DNA of 64,000 nucleotides, taken from assembly GCA_004431415.1 (NCBI GenBank), contig QPMI01000035.1:124001-188000 (forward strand), given 5' to 3'. The notes beneath the pieces are model-generated. The model was not told where the DNA came from and did no database searches. It saw nothing but the letters and a program-made list of their open reading frames with translations. Below, in pieces: positions 10,126 to 23,379 of this stretch. Source of the stretch: Cyanophora paradoxa CCMP329 (taxonomy: Eukaryota > Plantae > Glaucophyta). The position numbers and the translations under genes are program-made. The first letter of the stretch is position 1. Every line of letters begins with the position of its first letter.

Positions 10126-11660
10126 CCGCCCAAGAACTCGAGTCGAGCTCGCCCTCCCCGACCCCTCCCTGTCGCCTCTAACCGAATACAACTTAGAAAC
10201 AAAGCAAAGCGCTAGCCGTGCGTTGCACACAGCACGCATCGTGTACGTATACGTATATACATGCATGTGCTGCACTCAGTGACTGCGGCAGCTTATATTT
10301 AATTATCGATACAGAATGATTTATATTACAGATCGAACCGCCGCGGCACCACGTCGCCCGCGCGGCCGCGCCGCGCGCGAGATCGAGAGTCGACGTCGCG
10401 ATCGCGATCGGCCCGGCGCCGGCGTCGCGATGGTGTATGGCACTAAACGTACACGGCATCACGGCAGCGGTCCGAATCACCGTGGCACGGGCCACTGCCG
10501 CCGCGGCGCGATGCGGCAGCCTGACAGTTCATCGGTTCATGAGTCATGACCAAAATTGAAACATCAACGGCGCGCGATACGATCAGCCGCCTTGCAAAAT
10601 TGCCGGGCCGGGGCCGGAGCCCGCGGCCTGGCCCGCGGCCTGTGGAATCCGGATCATCCGATGATCGCGATCGGATCCAGCGCCATGCCGTAGTGCACAG
10701 CTGCAGCCTGCAGGTCGGCCTGATCGAAGGAAGCGAACTTCGGAAAGCGCGGCGCCGGCGCAGCGGCGGCCGCGCGCCGCGCCGGCGGCCGGAGGCCGGC
10801 GCCCGTCGCGCGCGACTCGGCGAGAATTCGAAGTGCACTAGGCTATATAAAAATTATTATAAATAGGGGACGATGTCAGTGCATCATGTCACGATGCACA
10901 TCGATATCTGCAGCCTGCCGGCGCTGCCGCAGTCCGATGATCGCTGCCGCAGTCGAAATCAATATTAATATCCGATGATCGCGCACAGTGCGGCGCACTG
11001 CGGAGTCTGCGCGCGGCGCCGCGCGGCGGCACATGTATAGACTCTGAGATGTACATGCACATCAAATCTGGCAACATCACGTGCGTGCGCATGCGAAGGC
11101 GCCGGCCTAGGCTCTCCGAGGCGCCGGCTCAGCAGTGAGTCCCAGTGACTCGGCACATGGATCCGGACAGCAGCTTCAAAGGCTTCGATTCCGAAGACTC
11201 GGACGAGTCGGACCGAACTTACGGCGAAGTTCGCGAAAATTTAGCCGGCGGCGCGGCGCCAGAAGTTCCGAAGTTCGTCGGTCTTAGTTCGAATTCGATC
11301 GCGATCGCGAAAAATTAGCACGAGCTCAGCTCAGCGGCTATTCGATTCATCCGCCGCCCTCTTGATAGTTTCGCACATGTGCATTGTGCACTATTCGAGT
11401 ATCCGGCTGCCTTTTTTTGGCCATGACTCCACGGAACCTGAATTCGACTCTCGAGCAAACTTCCAAGAAATCGAAACTCGAAGGCTGCTTGCCGACTCAA
11501 TGCCGAGTTCTCAGATCATGATCATGAGCTCGAGACTCGGACTCGAATGAAAAAAAATGTAGGTAGGTGAGTAGTACACTGAGCACATGTACATGTGACC
11601 GTGACAAGTACCGTGCCACGCCGGCACGGTGTCGTGTCACAGACTCACAGTGTTGCCGTG

Positions 11661-13838
11661 TAGGGTTGGTGAATTTCATGAAATTCAAAAATTTGGCGTT
11701 GAAACTGAAAGTCGACCCTTCGAAAGCTTTGAAAATTCAATTGAAGTTTCAATCCGCAGTTCATAATCACTAAGACAAAAGTACTGAGCCAACACGGCAC
11801 AACATCCAAGGATGAGGCACAATGACACACATGCGCATGTACAAGGTGGATCATGGAGCGAGCCGGTGCGTGCACGATCAGCGATCAGCGCGAATGCAAT
11901 GAGATGCACTGTTAATGCCTCGATCGATCGCCGGCGTGCGCGGCGCATGCGCAGCCGGCGCTGCGCGCGCGCGGCGCCGGCCGACCGGCCACGTTATCCG
12001 CGCGCCCTGCATGATCGCGATCGTGGAGCTGGTAAACTCGCTTTGTTAAGGCGGAGCGACTGTACCCCGGCAGCTGCATTCGCAACCCCAAACTCGCGGC
12101 GGCGGCGGACGATCAACGAAGCGCGCTCACCGGCCTGCTATAGGGTTGGTGAATTTCATGAAATTCAAAAATTTGGCGTTGAAACTGAAAGTCGACCCTT
12201 TGAAAGCTTTGAAAATTCAATTGAAATTTCAATCCGCAGAGCAGCACGTGCAGGGACCCTACGCACTGCGGAGAGTCTCTCTCACACTAAATTATCTCTA
12301 ATGGACTTTGCTCTCACTCTCTGAGTCTCTTTACGGGCTGGGAGGGCTCCTGGGAAGGCCGGAGGGGCTGGGAAGGGGAAGTTGAGGGTGCAAAAACGGA
12401 TAAATTCAATATATTTTATTAAATTTATATTCTATTTCAATGCAACTTCAACGGGCGGCATTGAAACTGAAATTGAAATTTCAATCAGGCGAAGCCTCTT
12501 TCTCAGACCCAGGCGAAGCCTCTTTCTCAGACCCGGTCACCGCCGATCTAAATTCCGATCGGATTCGAACCCGATTTTTTTCATCCCCCCTGTGAATAAT
12601 TTCCCTGTCCAGCCTCCTCGTGAAAAATTAATAATTTTTCCTCGACACGGACGTGACGCTTCCCCCATCACACACAAATGACTCAGCTCCCCGAACCCCC
12701 ACAAACCTCTCTAGATCCATTCTTAGCGTCCAGGCTCCCCTAGGACGACCGCTCTCCCATGGACGTCGCGCGAATATCGAATTTCCCTCATGGATCAATT
12801 CCGGTACTTGAGCCCCGACAAATGCGGTCCGAGTCAGAAGGTGGGACCCGGTCCCTCCGGTCCCGCGACGAAAATGCGCCAGGAACACCCCAGAACGATA
12901 CAGAATGACGCGCGAGCGCGAGCGGATCGCCGCAAGCTCGATTTCGGGCGCCCTCCGAGGCTCGACGCTGCAGTGCGAAGAGTCGGCCGAAAATTTGATC
13001 CGGCCGGTCCCGTCCGGTCCCGCGACGCGCGCAATCGATGCGTACCGACGCGCATAGACATAGCAAGGCCTGCGCATCCCACAAAACCGCTTTTCGGAGG
13101 CGGAACAGTGCAGGAAGGTACCGGACGGCAAAAATTCGATCCAGGCCTGGGCATCTTTCCGCGCGCCCACGCCGCGGCGCATGCGCGGAACAATAGTATA
13201 AGCATTTGAGATGTAGAACATGCATTCCGCATGCCTTGCAGATGCGCCGGGCCGCGAGAACCCAGCCGACCCCGAAAATTCGATCCTGGACGGACTTGCA
13301 CATCTTTCCGCGCGCCCTCGCATGCTCACGCGGGCCGCATCGCTGGTATATTCATTTGAAATCTTTGTAAAGATTTTCGCGAGCTCTGCGGGCGCAACAG
13401 GGCACGAGAACCCAGCCGACGCAAAAATTCGATCCTGAACGGGACTGCACGTGCACTGCTTTAATTTCCGCGCGCCCTCGCCTCCGCAGCCCTGCACATC
13501 GATGCTATATGCGTTCGAGATTCTTTTTAAGCGATTCGCAAGCTCTGTGCATGCGCCTGGCCGTGAGAACCTCGCCCCTCCCGGGCCTCCTTCGAATTCC
13601 CAACAATATTATATAATTAATCTCCTCTCAATCTGCTCCACCCTTTATTTCCTCGGTACATTAATATTCCTCTAGCCGGCCAGCGCTAGCTGGACTGGCC
13701 GTCAGCCAGCCAGCTTCTAGCCTACTGTAACAGCCGCGAGGGCGTCCGCGAGGCTTCGCCGTACTTAGTGCTCCGCAGGAGCACGGATCTTGTTTCAATG
13801 CAATTTCAATGGCTTGAAATTTCAAGCGGCCAACCCTA
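11661..13838. mobile_element. Non-autonomous hAT-like DNA transposon with internal duplicate of its left end
   Basis: Termini TAGGGTTGG...CCAACCCTA. Flanks TTGCCGTG (11653-60) and TTGCCGTT (13839-46) give a 7/8 8-bp TSD. TTGAAA/TTTCAA subterminal motifs. The left ~100 bp recurs at 12141. Confidence 0.75.
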
Positions 13839-14809
13839 TTGCCGTTGGCCACTGGCGATGGGCCGGCCCGCCACGGACCACGGTACAAATTTCGCGTCGC
13901 AACTTCTCGCAAGGGCCTTGTTTCTTGCTTTAACGCTGAAAGATTCGTGTCCGAATCATTCCGAACTATACGGTTGGAACTTCGCTCGAATTTCGGGGGG
14001 GGGGGGGGGGGGGGCATGCCAAAGTTGTAGGTGGAGCGGCGACCTCATCTATCCGATCGAGGCCAAAAAACTTTAATTATTAACAAAATATCCCACGCGA
14101 TAATTTTTGACCGTGACTCCACGGAACCTGAACTCGACTCTCGAGCACAAGTTTCCAAGAAATCGAACTCGAAGCGGAGGACTCGAGCTTTATGATTTTC
14201 CACGGCCGTTATCAACTTACACAAATTATCATGATCACGATCATATCATACTAAAAGTTTTTGTATTAAATATCGACTTTATATTTCCCGCCTGCCAAAG
14301 CCGAGAATTCGAAGGGGTAGCTATATAGCCCCGTCCGACGGTCTCAGCTGCATGCAGTGTTTAGGCCCTACTAGTAGGGCTACTCGATTAGGCCTGCAAA
14401 GCTCGAATTTGAAGGCTGACCTTACTCCGCATGCTCATGATGCGCGGGCTGGGCCAGGCCTGGCGGCCGGCCAGCGCGGCGCGCGGCCCGCGCGGCCGCA
14501 GGCTAGCGCAGGCGGGTTTCGTTAAATTCCCCCCGGGTATTCGGAATTCCCCGGCGCAAGCTAGTGCATTCTACCCGGTAGCTTGCCGGCTACAACGTCC
14601 TGCAGCGCGACTAGCCGGCGTGCATCGGGTGAAAAGTTATCGCGATCGCCGGCTACCCTTGCCCATTTCCGGGCCGTGTTGGGTCGATTAGGAAAAAAAA
14701 CGAGCTGTCCAGCTGCGCGCGGCCCGGGCCGCCCGGCCCGGCCGCGCGTGGCCGCCGGGCGCGCGCGCGCCGCGGCGCGCGCGGACAACGACATCCGTCG
14801 GAAGGACCG

Positions 14810-14940
14810 TCGGACTCGGGAGTCGGAAGACTCGGAAGAGTCGGAACTCGGGATCCGGACTCGGAGTCCGACGGTCGGGAGACTCGGGAGTCGGGACTCG
14901 GGAGTCGGGAGTCGGGACTCGGGAGTCCGACGGTCGGGGC
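14810..14940. repeat. Short tandem/inverted GACTCGG-GAGTCGG array
   Basis: Many copies of gactcgg and gagtcgg in alternating orientation. Confidence 0.8.
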
Positions 14941-15516
14941 CGCGGGCCCGCGGCCTGCGGCCGCAGCGCGCGGCGCGGTCCTAGGCCTAGACTCCCCTAG
15001 TACTGTAACCCCTAGTAAAGCAGGAAATATTTAAGAGGTTGGATATTAATAGTACTAAAGTTCTGAGGCCTGAGTGCTAATGATTTAATACTATTAAACC
15101 CGAGGCCCGAAGGGGGTACGTAACGCAGTGGCGTCGGCGCGGCTGTAGTCGCGCGCAGAGCGGAGTCGCTGGGAGAACTGAAGTTTGGGACAGTGGGAGT
15201 CTGTGGGACTCCGGGACTCGCGTTGCAATTGGCCCGTAGGAGTCCCAGTGAGTCTCTTGACTGTCTAGTAGCTAAAGGCTAGTAGATCTATACTGGTATC
15301 TCGGTAGATCTGCTAGCGGCTAGCCTAGTAGTAGACCGTCGGACTGTGCAGCTCGTGCCGTTCGCCCCAACCGAATACACAGACATATAGCCAGATATCG
15401 GGATGCAATTGCAATCGCACCCAGCTGCAGCTGAAGCAGCACAGCGAGCGCGCACGCGCATGCACACGTCGAAGCAGCTGTTCCCAGCGGCCGCCTGCAG
15501 CCGCACGGGTATTCGT

Positions 15517-18194
15517 ATGCGAACGTGTACGGCCGCGGCGGCGGTCCTCTTCGTCGCGTGCATACTGAGCACCGCGACGCCGGCGACCGCCGCGGGCCTG
15601 CCCTGCGGCCTCGTTCTCGACGCGGCGAAGACATTCCAGGTGGTGTCGGTTAACGACACCGCCAAGTGCTGGGAGGCGGGGACTCTTTCCAAAAATGGGG
15701 GGACTGAAACTCCCCACGGCATCAAGATGGCCCCCTGCGATGCGAGTGCGCCCGCCCGTTATTTATATACCTTGAAGCTTACGGATGCGCCCGCGGCCTG
15801 CGTCGGTGGCCTTCATTGTTATGACACCGAAGGGCAGATAATGCGGCGCAGTTCTTCAACGTAACCGTTGGCTCCGTGCAGAATGGCGTACAGCGCTATA
15901 GTATCAACTACCCAGCAGCAATGGTGGTCAAGTCTGATTCGGCTTTTGCTAATATGAATCTCGACCTCCGCTCAAAGCCTATATTCAAAACATCTTTCTC
16001 TTTCCCAGCACTGGAGGGAGTAAGTTGATTTAGATCGAGACCTTGAGGCTCGAAACTGATTTCAAGTCAGATTTTCGGAAACGCCGGATCCGCAACCATC
16101 CCTCCTGGAGACTCATGGACTCTCAACGTGACTGCTTCAAACACGACCGTTCGTTTCGCCCTCAGCGGGAGCACGCTGGCGTTAGTCGCCCCAATCTCGT
16201 CGAAGTACAACTACACCGCCTCCGCGCTGCTCGCCAGCATGAGCGGGAGCCCCCTTATGGTTGCGAATAATGTGGATAGTGCGTGAAACTTGCTCGCGAT
16301 CGGCCGATTATTCATGTATAGATTAAAACTTGAAACCGAGCCGCCCCTCGCCCGCTCGCAGCTGATACGGAGTTCGACTGGACCGTTCGTTATTCGGATG
16401 GCATAATTTTTCCGGACGCTCAACGTACAGTTTGCTCGGCCGTGGTGAGTGTTCCATTGTGTCGCTTGCATGATTAAAGCAGTTCCACATATATGTTTGC
16501 ATCGCGACAATCGACTTCAGTGATTTTTCCATCTTCGCCTTCAGACCCCAAGCCCATCGCCCTCGCCGAGCCCCTCGCCGAGCCCCTCGCCCAGCGCGAG
16601 CCCCTCTCCCACCGCTTCGCCCAGTCCCTCGGCCATGGCCAGCCCCTCCCCGAGCCCGTCGAGCGCGGCAAGCCCCACCAGCACCCCGGCCGCGACGCCC
16701 GGCGCCGGGGCCCCGCCCCCATCGGGGGCACCCTCGAGCTCGGTGAGTGCCACTTGTTCTTCTTCACGGTTCTATACACATACAAATTTAAAGCTACTTG
16801 GATCAACGAGAATTACTAAGTTAATATTCGGGGGTCTCTCTTCTCTCGACTAAGCGCTTCTCTGAAATGCGTAACAGGAACCGGTCATCGTCCAAGTGAT
16901 CATCAACGGGCAGTCGGTGCGCGTCGATAAAATATATATTGCGAGCTCGCAAATTAAAGAGAATTCGGCGCGCGTGATTTGATCGCGTTCTCGCGCGCAG
17001 TACGACGTATCTGGTTCGAACGTTGCCACGTCGACCGATAACGACGGAACGAGGCGCATCACACTCAACGCGGCCCCCCTGACTGCCCCCGCCGAGGCAA
17101 GTGCTTCAAACCCGTAAATTTATTAAAAGGAATTTGTAACACTGTTTGTTTAATTCTCATGTTTTGTGCCAGACCGGGAGCACCGATTACGTGGTCATCA
17201 GGGGCAACAATCTGCCGGTCTTCGCGATCGCCTCACATTACCCATCTCGCTCCTCGTCTAAATTCTAAATTGTCTCCCGTAGAACTGACAGTGAGCGGCG
17301 CCGGCTTCTAAATCAAATCTGCCCGCAGGCCAACCGGCCCGTCAGGGTGTTGATCGTCGATCCCAGCGACAGCAGCCGGAGGGTCGAGGCTCTGGACGTC
17401 TCCATTCCGGACAACACAACCATGCGTTTCAGTGCGCATGCGGTTTTAATTTCGTTGCTGTAGCTACTCGGAGATCTAAAATTCGAATCCGCTTGTGCGC
17501 TAAATCGCGCGCAGAGATCCCGCCGCTCCCGAAGAACGCCCGCCGCGGGCGCTCCCTGCTGCAGTTCGTCGCCGGCTCCACCGTGCGCCATCGCCTGCCC
17601 CCGGAGATTAATATTGCCGGATATCCCTGTAATTATAATCGGTCCTGTGCGCGCAGTACGACCTGCGCATCGAGTCGGCGTCAGCCACTCCAGAGTTCAG
17701 GTCGTTCGTCCTCGTCCGGGTGCGACGCTCGCCCCCTTTTATAAATCGAGCCGCAATTGGCAAATGCAGCACAAATTGAAGCTTAAGAAAGACTGAAAAC
17801 AGAGCTTACAATTCGGACTTGATATGCATTAATAATTAATCTGCTCACGCGATATTAATTGCGCAGTCCGTCCGTTGGCTTTCGGGGTCGACCTCCGCGA
17901 TCGTCAGCGTCCCCTACTGTGCGCTCTGAGTCGCTAATTATAATTTAATCGATTTCGGAATGCTCACCAGCCTTTGACGATCTGCAGGGCCATCCTACGC
18001 AATCCCTTCGGCTACCATCTCTGTGCGTTTAATTATGCGCTGTGATCATGATCACACATCGATTTGCTTCCACCGCGAAAATCAGCTGATTGAAAATATC
18101 TTCCGTCCCCGAACAGGTGCCGGTGGCTGTCTTCACGAGCCTCGTGGCGACGGCGCTCGCTGCCGCCGTGTCACGGGCCAAGACCTCTCTGTGA
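15517..18194 (+). CDS. Multi-exon host gene, probably secreted/surface protein with (SP)n region and hydrophobic C-terminus
   Basis: Signal-like MRTCTAAAAVLFVACILSTATPATA; SPSPSP-rich exon ~16545-16740; last exon VPVAVFTSLVATALAAAV...stop at 18192-94. Exon boundaries not fully resolved. Confidence 0.5.
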
Positions 18195-19839
18195 TATGCC
18201 GGCGTTGATCATCGGATCGCACGCGACCGGTGGCGCTAGCGCGTCATGATCTATTCTGGCACCTTTCTCAAAAAAAAACCCGCCTATCTGGGCTTGTTTC
18301 GCTTTCGTTAAATTGCGGCAATCGCTTTCATCAAATTGCGGCAAGCTATAGTGGTTAGTTCTTTTTTTTGATGAATGTAGTGTTTGATCTAGCTGTAGAT
18401 CGCGGATCCTTTGTGTCATACTGCGCATGCTGCGTTTCGAATCTGAATAAAATAAATCCACGCCACGTGCACACGACTCGCCGAGTCGAGCTCTCAGCGA
18501 AGACGACGACGCGAGCCCCACCCCACCCCCCACCCACGCCCCTTTCCGCGGCCGAGGCTGCACCAGCTGCCTTCCTGGTCCTCCGAGATCTAAATTTAGA
18601 GCGCAGCCCTGGGCCTGCTGCCGGGCCGGGCTCGCCGGGGGCGGTCCTAGCCCGACCGGCCAGTCCTCCCCGCCGGGCGCCAGGGGAGGTACCGGTCCTG
18701 GCATGCCATGATGGCCTGGTTTTCCGCCACCCAGCTGCGAAATTAAATTAAAGCCGCCGCCGGAAATAAAACGGCATACAATTTCTCACGACACATATGC
18801 ATGACTCTCGAGTCGTTGAATACGTATACCAATAAGCTTAAGGATCTCTCGAGCTCAGCTCGAACATTGCTAAGGCACTCGCATAGTAGCCACATTTCAA
18901 TCTACTGAGTATATGGCTACTCACTCATACCTGACCGTTACCTAGCTATTGATCGTGAACGATAAGATAACTGGTGATCATTTCTACTTTGCCCAGTACT
19001 CAACCGACTCCACGTGCACAAATCACTGACCATGATCGAAAGCCAGCGGGGGGGCGCCGGCGGGCTTACCCTAGGCCTTAGACACGCTTGCAATTGCGAA
19101 AATAGACACGCTTGCAATTGCGCCTCGATTCTAGCCACAGCGCGAAAGGCTTGCATGGTGGGATAGTTCCGCGAAACATCGCGTGGATTACCATAGTACA
19201 GATCGATTAATATTTAGGTGGAGAGAAACTTGAAAGGAAACTTTACATGTGCGGAAATAAAGGCGGCCTGACTACGAAGTCGAATAATGTGCCACAACTA
19301 AGTATACACATTTTGTGAGTTCCTACATCATAGTGTGTGCGAATTCATTGATTAAACGAGTTCCTACATCATGCAGGCCCCGGGCATATCATAGAACGAA
19401 GCGGATTGAATAGCGGCTTCCATGCATATGGCCCAGTGGCATGACACGACCAGGAAAAGGTCTGCAAAATTGTGAGGCGTCGGAGAAGGCTAGGCCTGAC
19501 TGATCCGTTGAACACTGATTGAACACTTTAATTGAATTGATTGAACACTATAATTACATCGGAAGCATTGTCGTCTGAAGCGGATCTACGCGTGCACGGC
19601 GCGACGCGGCTGGGAAAGGTCTGCAAAATCAAGCGGCGCCGGGGCGGGCCCCGCGGTCACGGCGAGGGTTCCGAGCTCGCGGGGCCGCAGGGGGCCGCGC
19701 CCCGCGCCGGGGGCGGGGCGGCGGGGGTGGGCGGCCTTCGATGCCCTTCTCTTCCCGCCCTTCTCGCACCCGACTCGCCGGGCTCGGCGATCCCTTACAG
19801 TGCTTGGCCTGCCGCCGGCGGGGCGGCGGGGGGCGGGCG

Positions 19840-20245
19840 GCCCTCTCCGACGCGCGCTCCTCCAGGAGCGCCCGCAGCGCCTCCAGCTTCACCGGCTGCG
19901 CCCCCGCCGCCCCGTCGGCCCCGGCGCGCGCGCGGGCGGGAGGGGCCGTCGTAGATCGAATCGCGGGCGAACCTTGGGGAACCTGCGGGGCGCCCGCGCG
20001 TCAGAGGCCGGCGGGCGGGGGGCGGGGGGCGGGGGGCGCGCCATATGTCCATGCCGGAGGCGAGGCAGCGCTCGCGGTCCGACTCGAACGCGTTCGCCGT
20101 CATCGCCTGCCCCGCCCCGCCCCGCCCCTCAGCCCGGGGCGTGGGGGCCGGGTCGGGGGCGGGGCGGGGCGGACGACGACGGGGAGGTGGCCGGGGAGGG
20201 CCCCCGCCGCCTCCAGCGCCCGTATCTCCCACGTCGCATCCAGCC
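19840..20245 (-). CDS. C-terminal part of a response-regulator receiver domain (host two-component-type gene)
   Basis: Splicing 20245-20175, 20106-20042, 19982-19973 and 19895- gives GLDATWEIRALEAAGALPGHLPVV-AMTANAFESDRERCLASGMDIWFPK-PVKLEALRALL. Confidence 0.8.
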
Positions 20246-22237
20246 CTGCCCGCCCCGGGCCCCGGGGCCCGCTCGCACCCGCGCCGCTGGGGCGGACGGC
20301 AGACGTCGCCGACCGCCCGTCCTTCACCCTCCGCCCGCCGCTCGCCGCCCTCCCCCCCGCCCTCAAGGCTGCCCCTCCGCCCCCCCCCCTGAAGCCGGCC
20401 GCGCGGGGGCCGGCACCTGAGGCTGCGCAGCGCTCGCGCCCGGAGGAGGCCCGGCCGGCCCGGGAGGGGCGGCGGAGAAGGAGAAGGGGAGCGCTCCGCG
20501 GCCGCCCGGCAAGGAGGGCAGGGCAGACTCGAAGGCGGGGGGCGGGCGGAAGGGGAATCCGGGGCGGGCGGAGGCGTGGGAAAGTCGAGGCGAGCTTGGG
20601 CACGAGCTGCAGGGCGAGCTGGAGCTAGAGGACGAGCTCGAGGCGGTCGCGGCCGCGGGTGGCGGGACAGGGGCGGCGGCTGCGGCGGGCCCGGGCCGGG
20701 CGGGCGGCCGCGGGCGGATCCGGACGGCCCGCCGCGTGAGCACCCGCCGCCCCCGATCGGAGCCCGGCCCGGAGGCGGCCGCCGGCTCGGCGGAGCTCGA
20801 AACCGTCGCTCCCGTTGCGGCCAGCAGCGGGCCGCAGCCGGCTGCGGGGGGCGTGCGGGACGAAGTCACGGGAGCGGGCGGATGCGTGTGGAAGGGGAGA
20901 TCGGCGCCGGCGGCGACGTTCGCGGAGGGGCTGCGGAGGGCGCGGAGGCGGCGGCCCCGGAGGCGCCGCCGGGCCGCTTGAGCACCCGCCGCCGAGCCGA
21001 GCCGCCCGGCGCGGGGGAGGGGGCGGCCGTGGGCTCGAATTCAGACTCGGGCAGCCGATAGAACCGCAGGTCGACCGCGCCCGCGGGAGCCGTCGTGGGC
21101 GCCCCGCCACCAAAGATTTGACGCGAGGCAGCCGCCGGAGTTCGGAAGGCGATCGGAACGCCCGACGGCGACGGCGCCGAAGGCGGGTCGAAGTGGAAGC
21201 CGCCGCCGGAGCGGGCGGCCGCGGGCCCGGCGCCAGCTGAAGCGGGCGGCTTGAGGTCTACGGAGAAAGAGAAAGGGCCCGCGGCCGGGGAAGGGAAGAA
21301 AGGGGCCGCGGAGGGCGAGAGGCGGCGGGGCGCCTCCGAAGGACTGTGGGAGGGCGCAGAGCCGGCGACGTTTGGGGCGCCCAGAGCCGAAGTTTCGGGG
21401 GGCGGGCGGCGGGGCTCGACGCGGCCGCCCCGCCGCGGCTCGCGCTCCCGGCGCCGCGAAGGAGAGCCCGCAGCCGGCCGAGGGGAAGAAGGGCGCGGCG
21501 GTGTGGGAGAGGCGGGGGGAGGGCGCGGGCGGCGGGGCGCGGGGCGCCGCGGGGACCGACGCCGGCCTGCCTCCGCTTGCCGCGAAACCGAAGCCCTCTA
21601 CCTCCTCCCCCTCGTCCTCAAAATCTTTCTCCTCCTCATCCTCCTCCTCCTCCTCGCCGCCTGCACCGTGGCCGTCCACGCGCCATGCGGCGAAGCGCAC
21701 GCAGAGCCCCCGCGCCTCCTCGTCCTCCTCCTCCTCTTCCTCTTCTTCCATCTCCTGCGCGCGATTCGTCTCATGAGATTTTTCTCTTCATATAAGCGCG
21801 CGGGGGAAGGAGAGCGGAGCGGAGCGCTCGCTCCCAGGAGAACCCCACCAATTGCGCGCCCTCTTCTTTCCTTCCCCACTACCATTCTCAGTAAGCCCAT
21901 TATCCATTTTCAAATTTCTCAGTAAGGCTCAGTTACAAATTATAAAATAGCACTGTATTTTTCAAACATCTAACTCCTCCTTACTGAAACCAATCACGAA
22001 ACCCTTTCATTCTTCATTTTTCTAATTCCTTACCATTCCCAGTAAGCCCTTTAACTTTCCCCCGATCTCTCAGTAAGGACAGTAAGACCCTCATTTTTAC
22101 GAAATGTTCCCGATCGTTTCCATACTGTTTTCAGTTAGCCAAATTGAAAAATCAAGGTGAGCCCCACCGATAGGTTAAAACAACTTATGAAGTGCGTATA
22201 TCCCCACTTAAAGATTTCCCACTATACAAGTATAAAG

Positions 22238-22561
22238 ATGCCGGGTAATCAGCTCCCCTTACCTAAAAGTAAACTGTGCAATGTGTGCAAAGAGGTCAAG
22301 CCTGCATCGTGGTTCCCTTTGCGCAAGTGCAAGTCGGGAAATATAACATTATATTGGAGATGCATAGAGTGCCACCGTGACTATCAAAATGATCACTATC
22401 ACAATGTCTTAAAAACGCGTCCGAAAATCGAAGTACAATCGAAAATATGCCCCGATTGCAAGATTGAGAAGCCTGCAAGCGAGTATAATAAAAAGCAAAG
22501 TACGAAGGATGGTCTCTACTATAAATGCCGACAGTGTTATAGTGAGACTCGGACAAGCTAA
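22238..22561 (+). CDS. Tandem CxxC zinc-ribbon protein (endonuclease-associated type)
   Basis: KLCNVCKEVKPASWF...CIEC and KICPDCKIEKPASEY...KDGLYYKCRQC repeats. Confidence 0.65.
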   Translation: MPGNQLPLPKSKLCNVCKEVKPASWFPLRKCKSGNITLYWRCIECHRDYQNDHYHNVLKTRPKIEVQSKICPDCKIEKPASEYNKKQSTKDGLYYKCRQCYSETRTS

Positions 22562-23016
22562 TCAATGAATACCTAACCGAATTTCATTTTATATTTTTTA
22601 AAGCAAGTTTGTGCTGCCGAAAATGCCCACCTGCACAAACTTGCGAGATCAAGGTAAGCCCCATCGACAAAGTACGATGATCGACAAAGTACGACGATAG
22701 ACCACGTTAAAATAAACTCGCGCCCCGCCCACTATGCAAGATACATGCAAACTACATGCGAGTTCTATGAAAACAATAACGATTTAGTCATGTATATATT
22801 TCGTATATATGTCCGAACCTCCGTGTGTGTGATCCAGCACAACTTTGAATTTTTTTGTTTTTTTGTTTTTTCGCATATGACGACATATACATATATACAG
22901 ACCGGCGTCACCGACGTATTCGGGGTCATCACATCGCGGCGATTCCGAATATATATAGAATGCCTCAAAGTAGTTTTTTATGTTTTTTAGACTTCCAACC
23001 AATCACCATGAGTTTG

Positions 23017-23117
23017 TAACCGCAACTTGCCCCCCTATGTAACCAATTTGTCCCCCTATGTAACCAATTTGTCCCCTTTGTAACCAATTTGTTCCGCCCA
23101 GAGGCTTTGTAACCAAT
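23017..23117. repeat. TGTAACC(AATTTGTCCCC) short tandem repeats
   Basis: Five tgtaacc-led units, mostly ~19-22 bp apart. Confidence 0.85.
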
Positions 23118-23326
23118 ACTATAACAAAAAGGTTGGATTATCCACTTTCTCGGTTGATATTGTTAATGCTGTAAATGAACCAATTGATTTTGAGGGTCAA
23201 CCTGTTCATCTGACCTTTGAAATTCGCTATGGTGATGAGCCAGCTGGGGACCCAGTTTATGAATACTTTAAGATGCGAATGTCACAGCTTCACCCTTCCT
23301 ATCCAGTTATTACAAGCTTCGCATAA
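23111..23326 (+). pseudogene. 5'-truncated minor capsid (penton) protein
   Basis: Reading LSTFSVDIVNAVNEPIDFEGQPVHLTFEIRY matches the typical Polinton/PLV penton C-terminus (IDFxG...LTxEI). Lies immediately upstream of the MCP; no start codon. Confidence 0.65.
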
Positions 23327-23379
23327 ATTAAGGATCATTGGTAGATTTTTTATGTTGCAGTATAATAAAAGAGAATATA

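Noticed and set aside
9300-21800. Many long overlapping Arg/Pro/Gly/Ala-rich ORFs (also 45700-56000)
   Set aside because: Expected shadow ORFs in very GC-rich DNA; recognisable coding signal is confined to short spliced exons.
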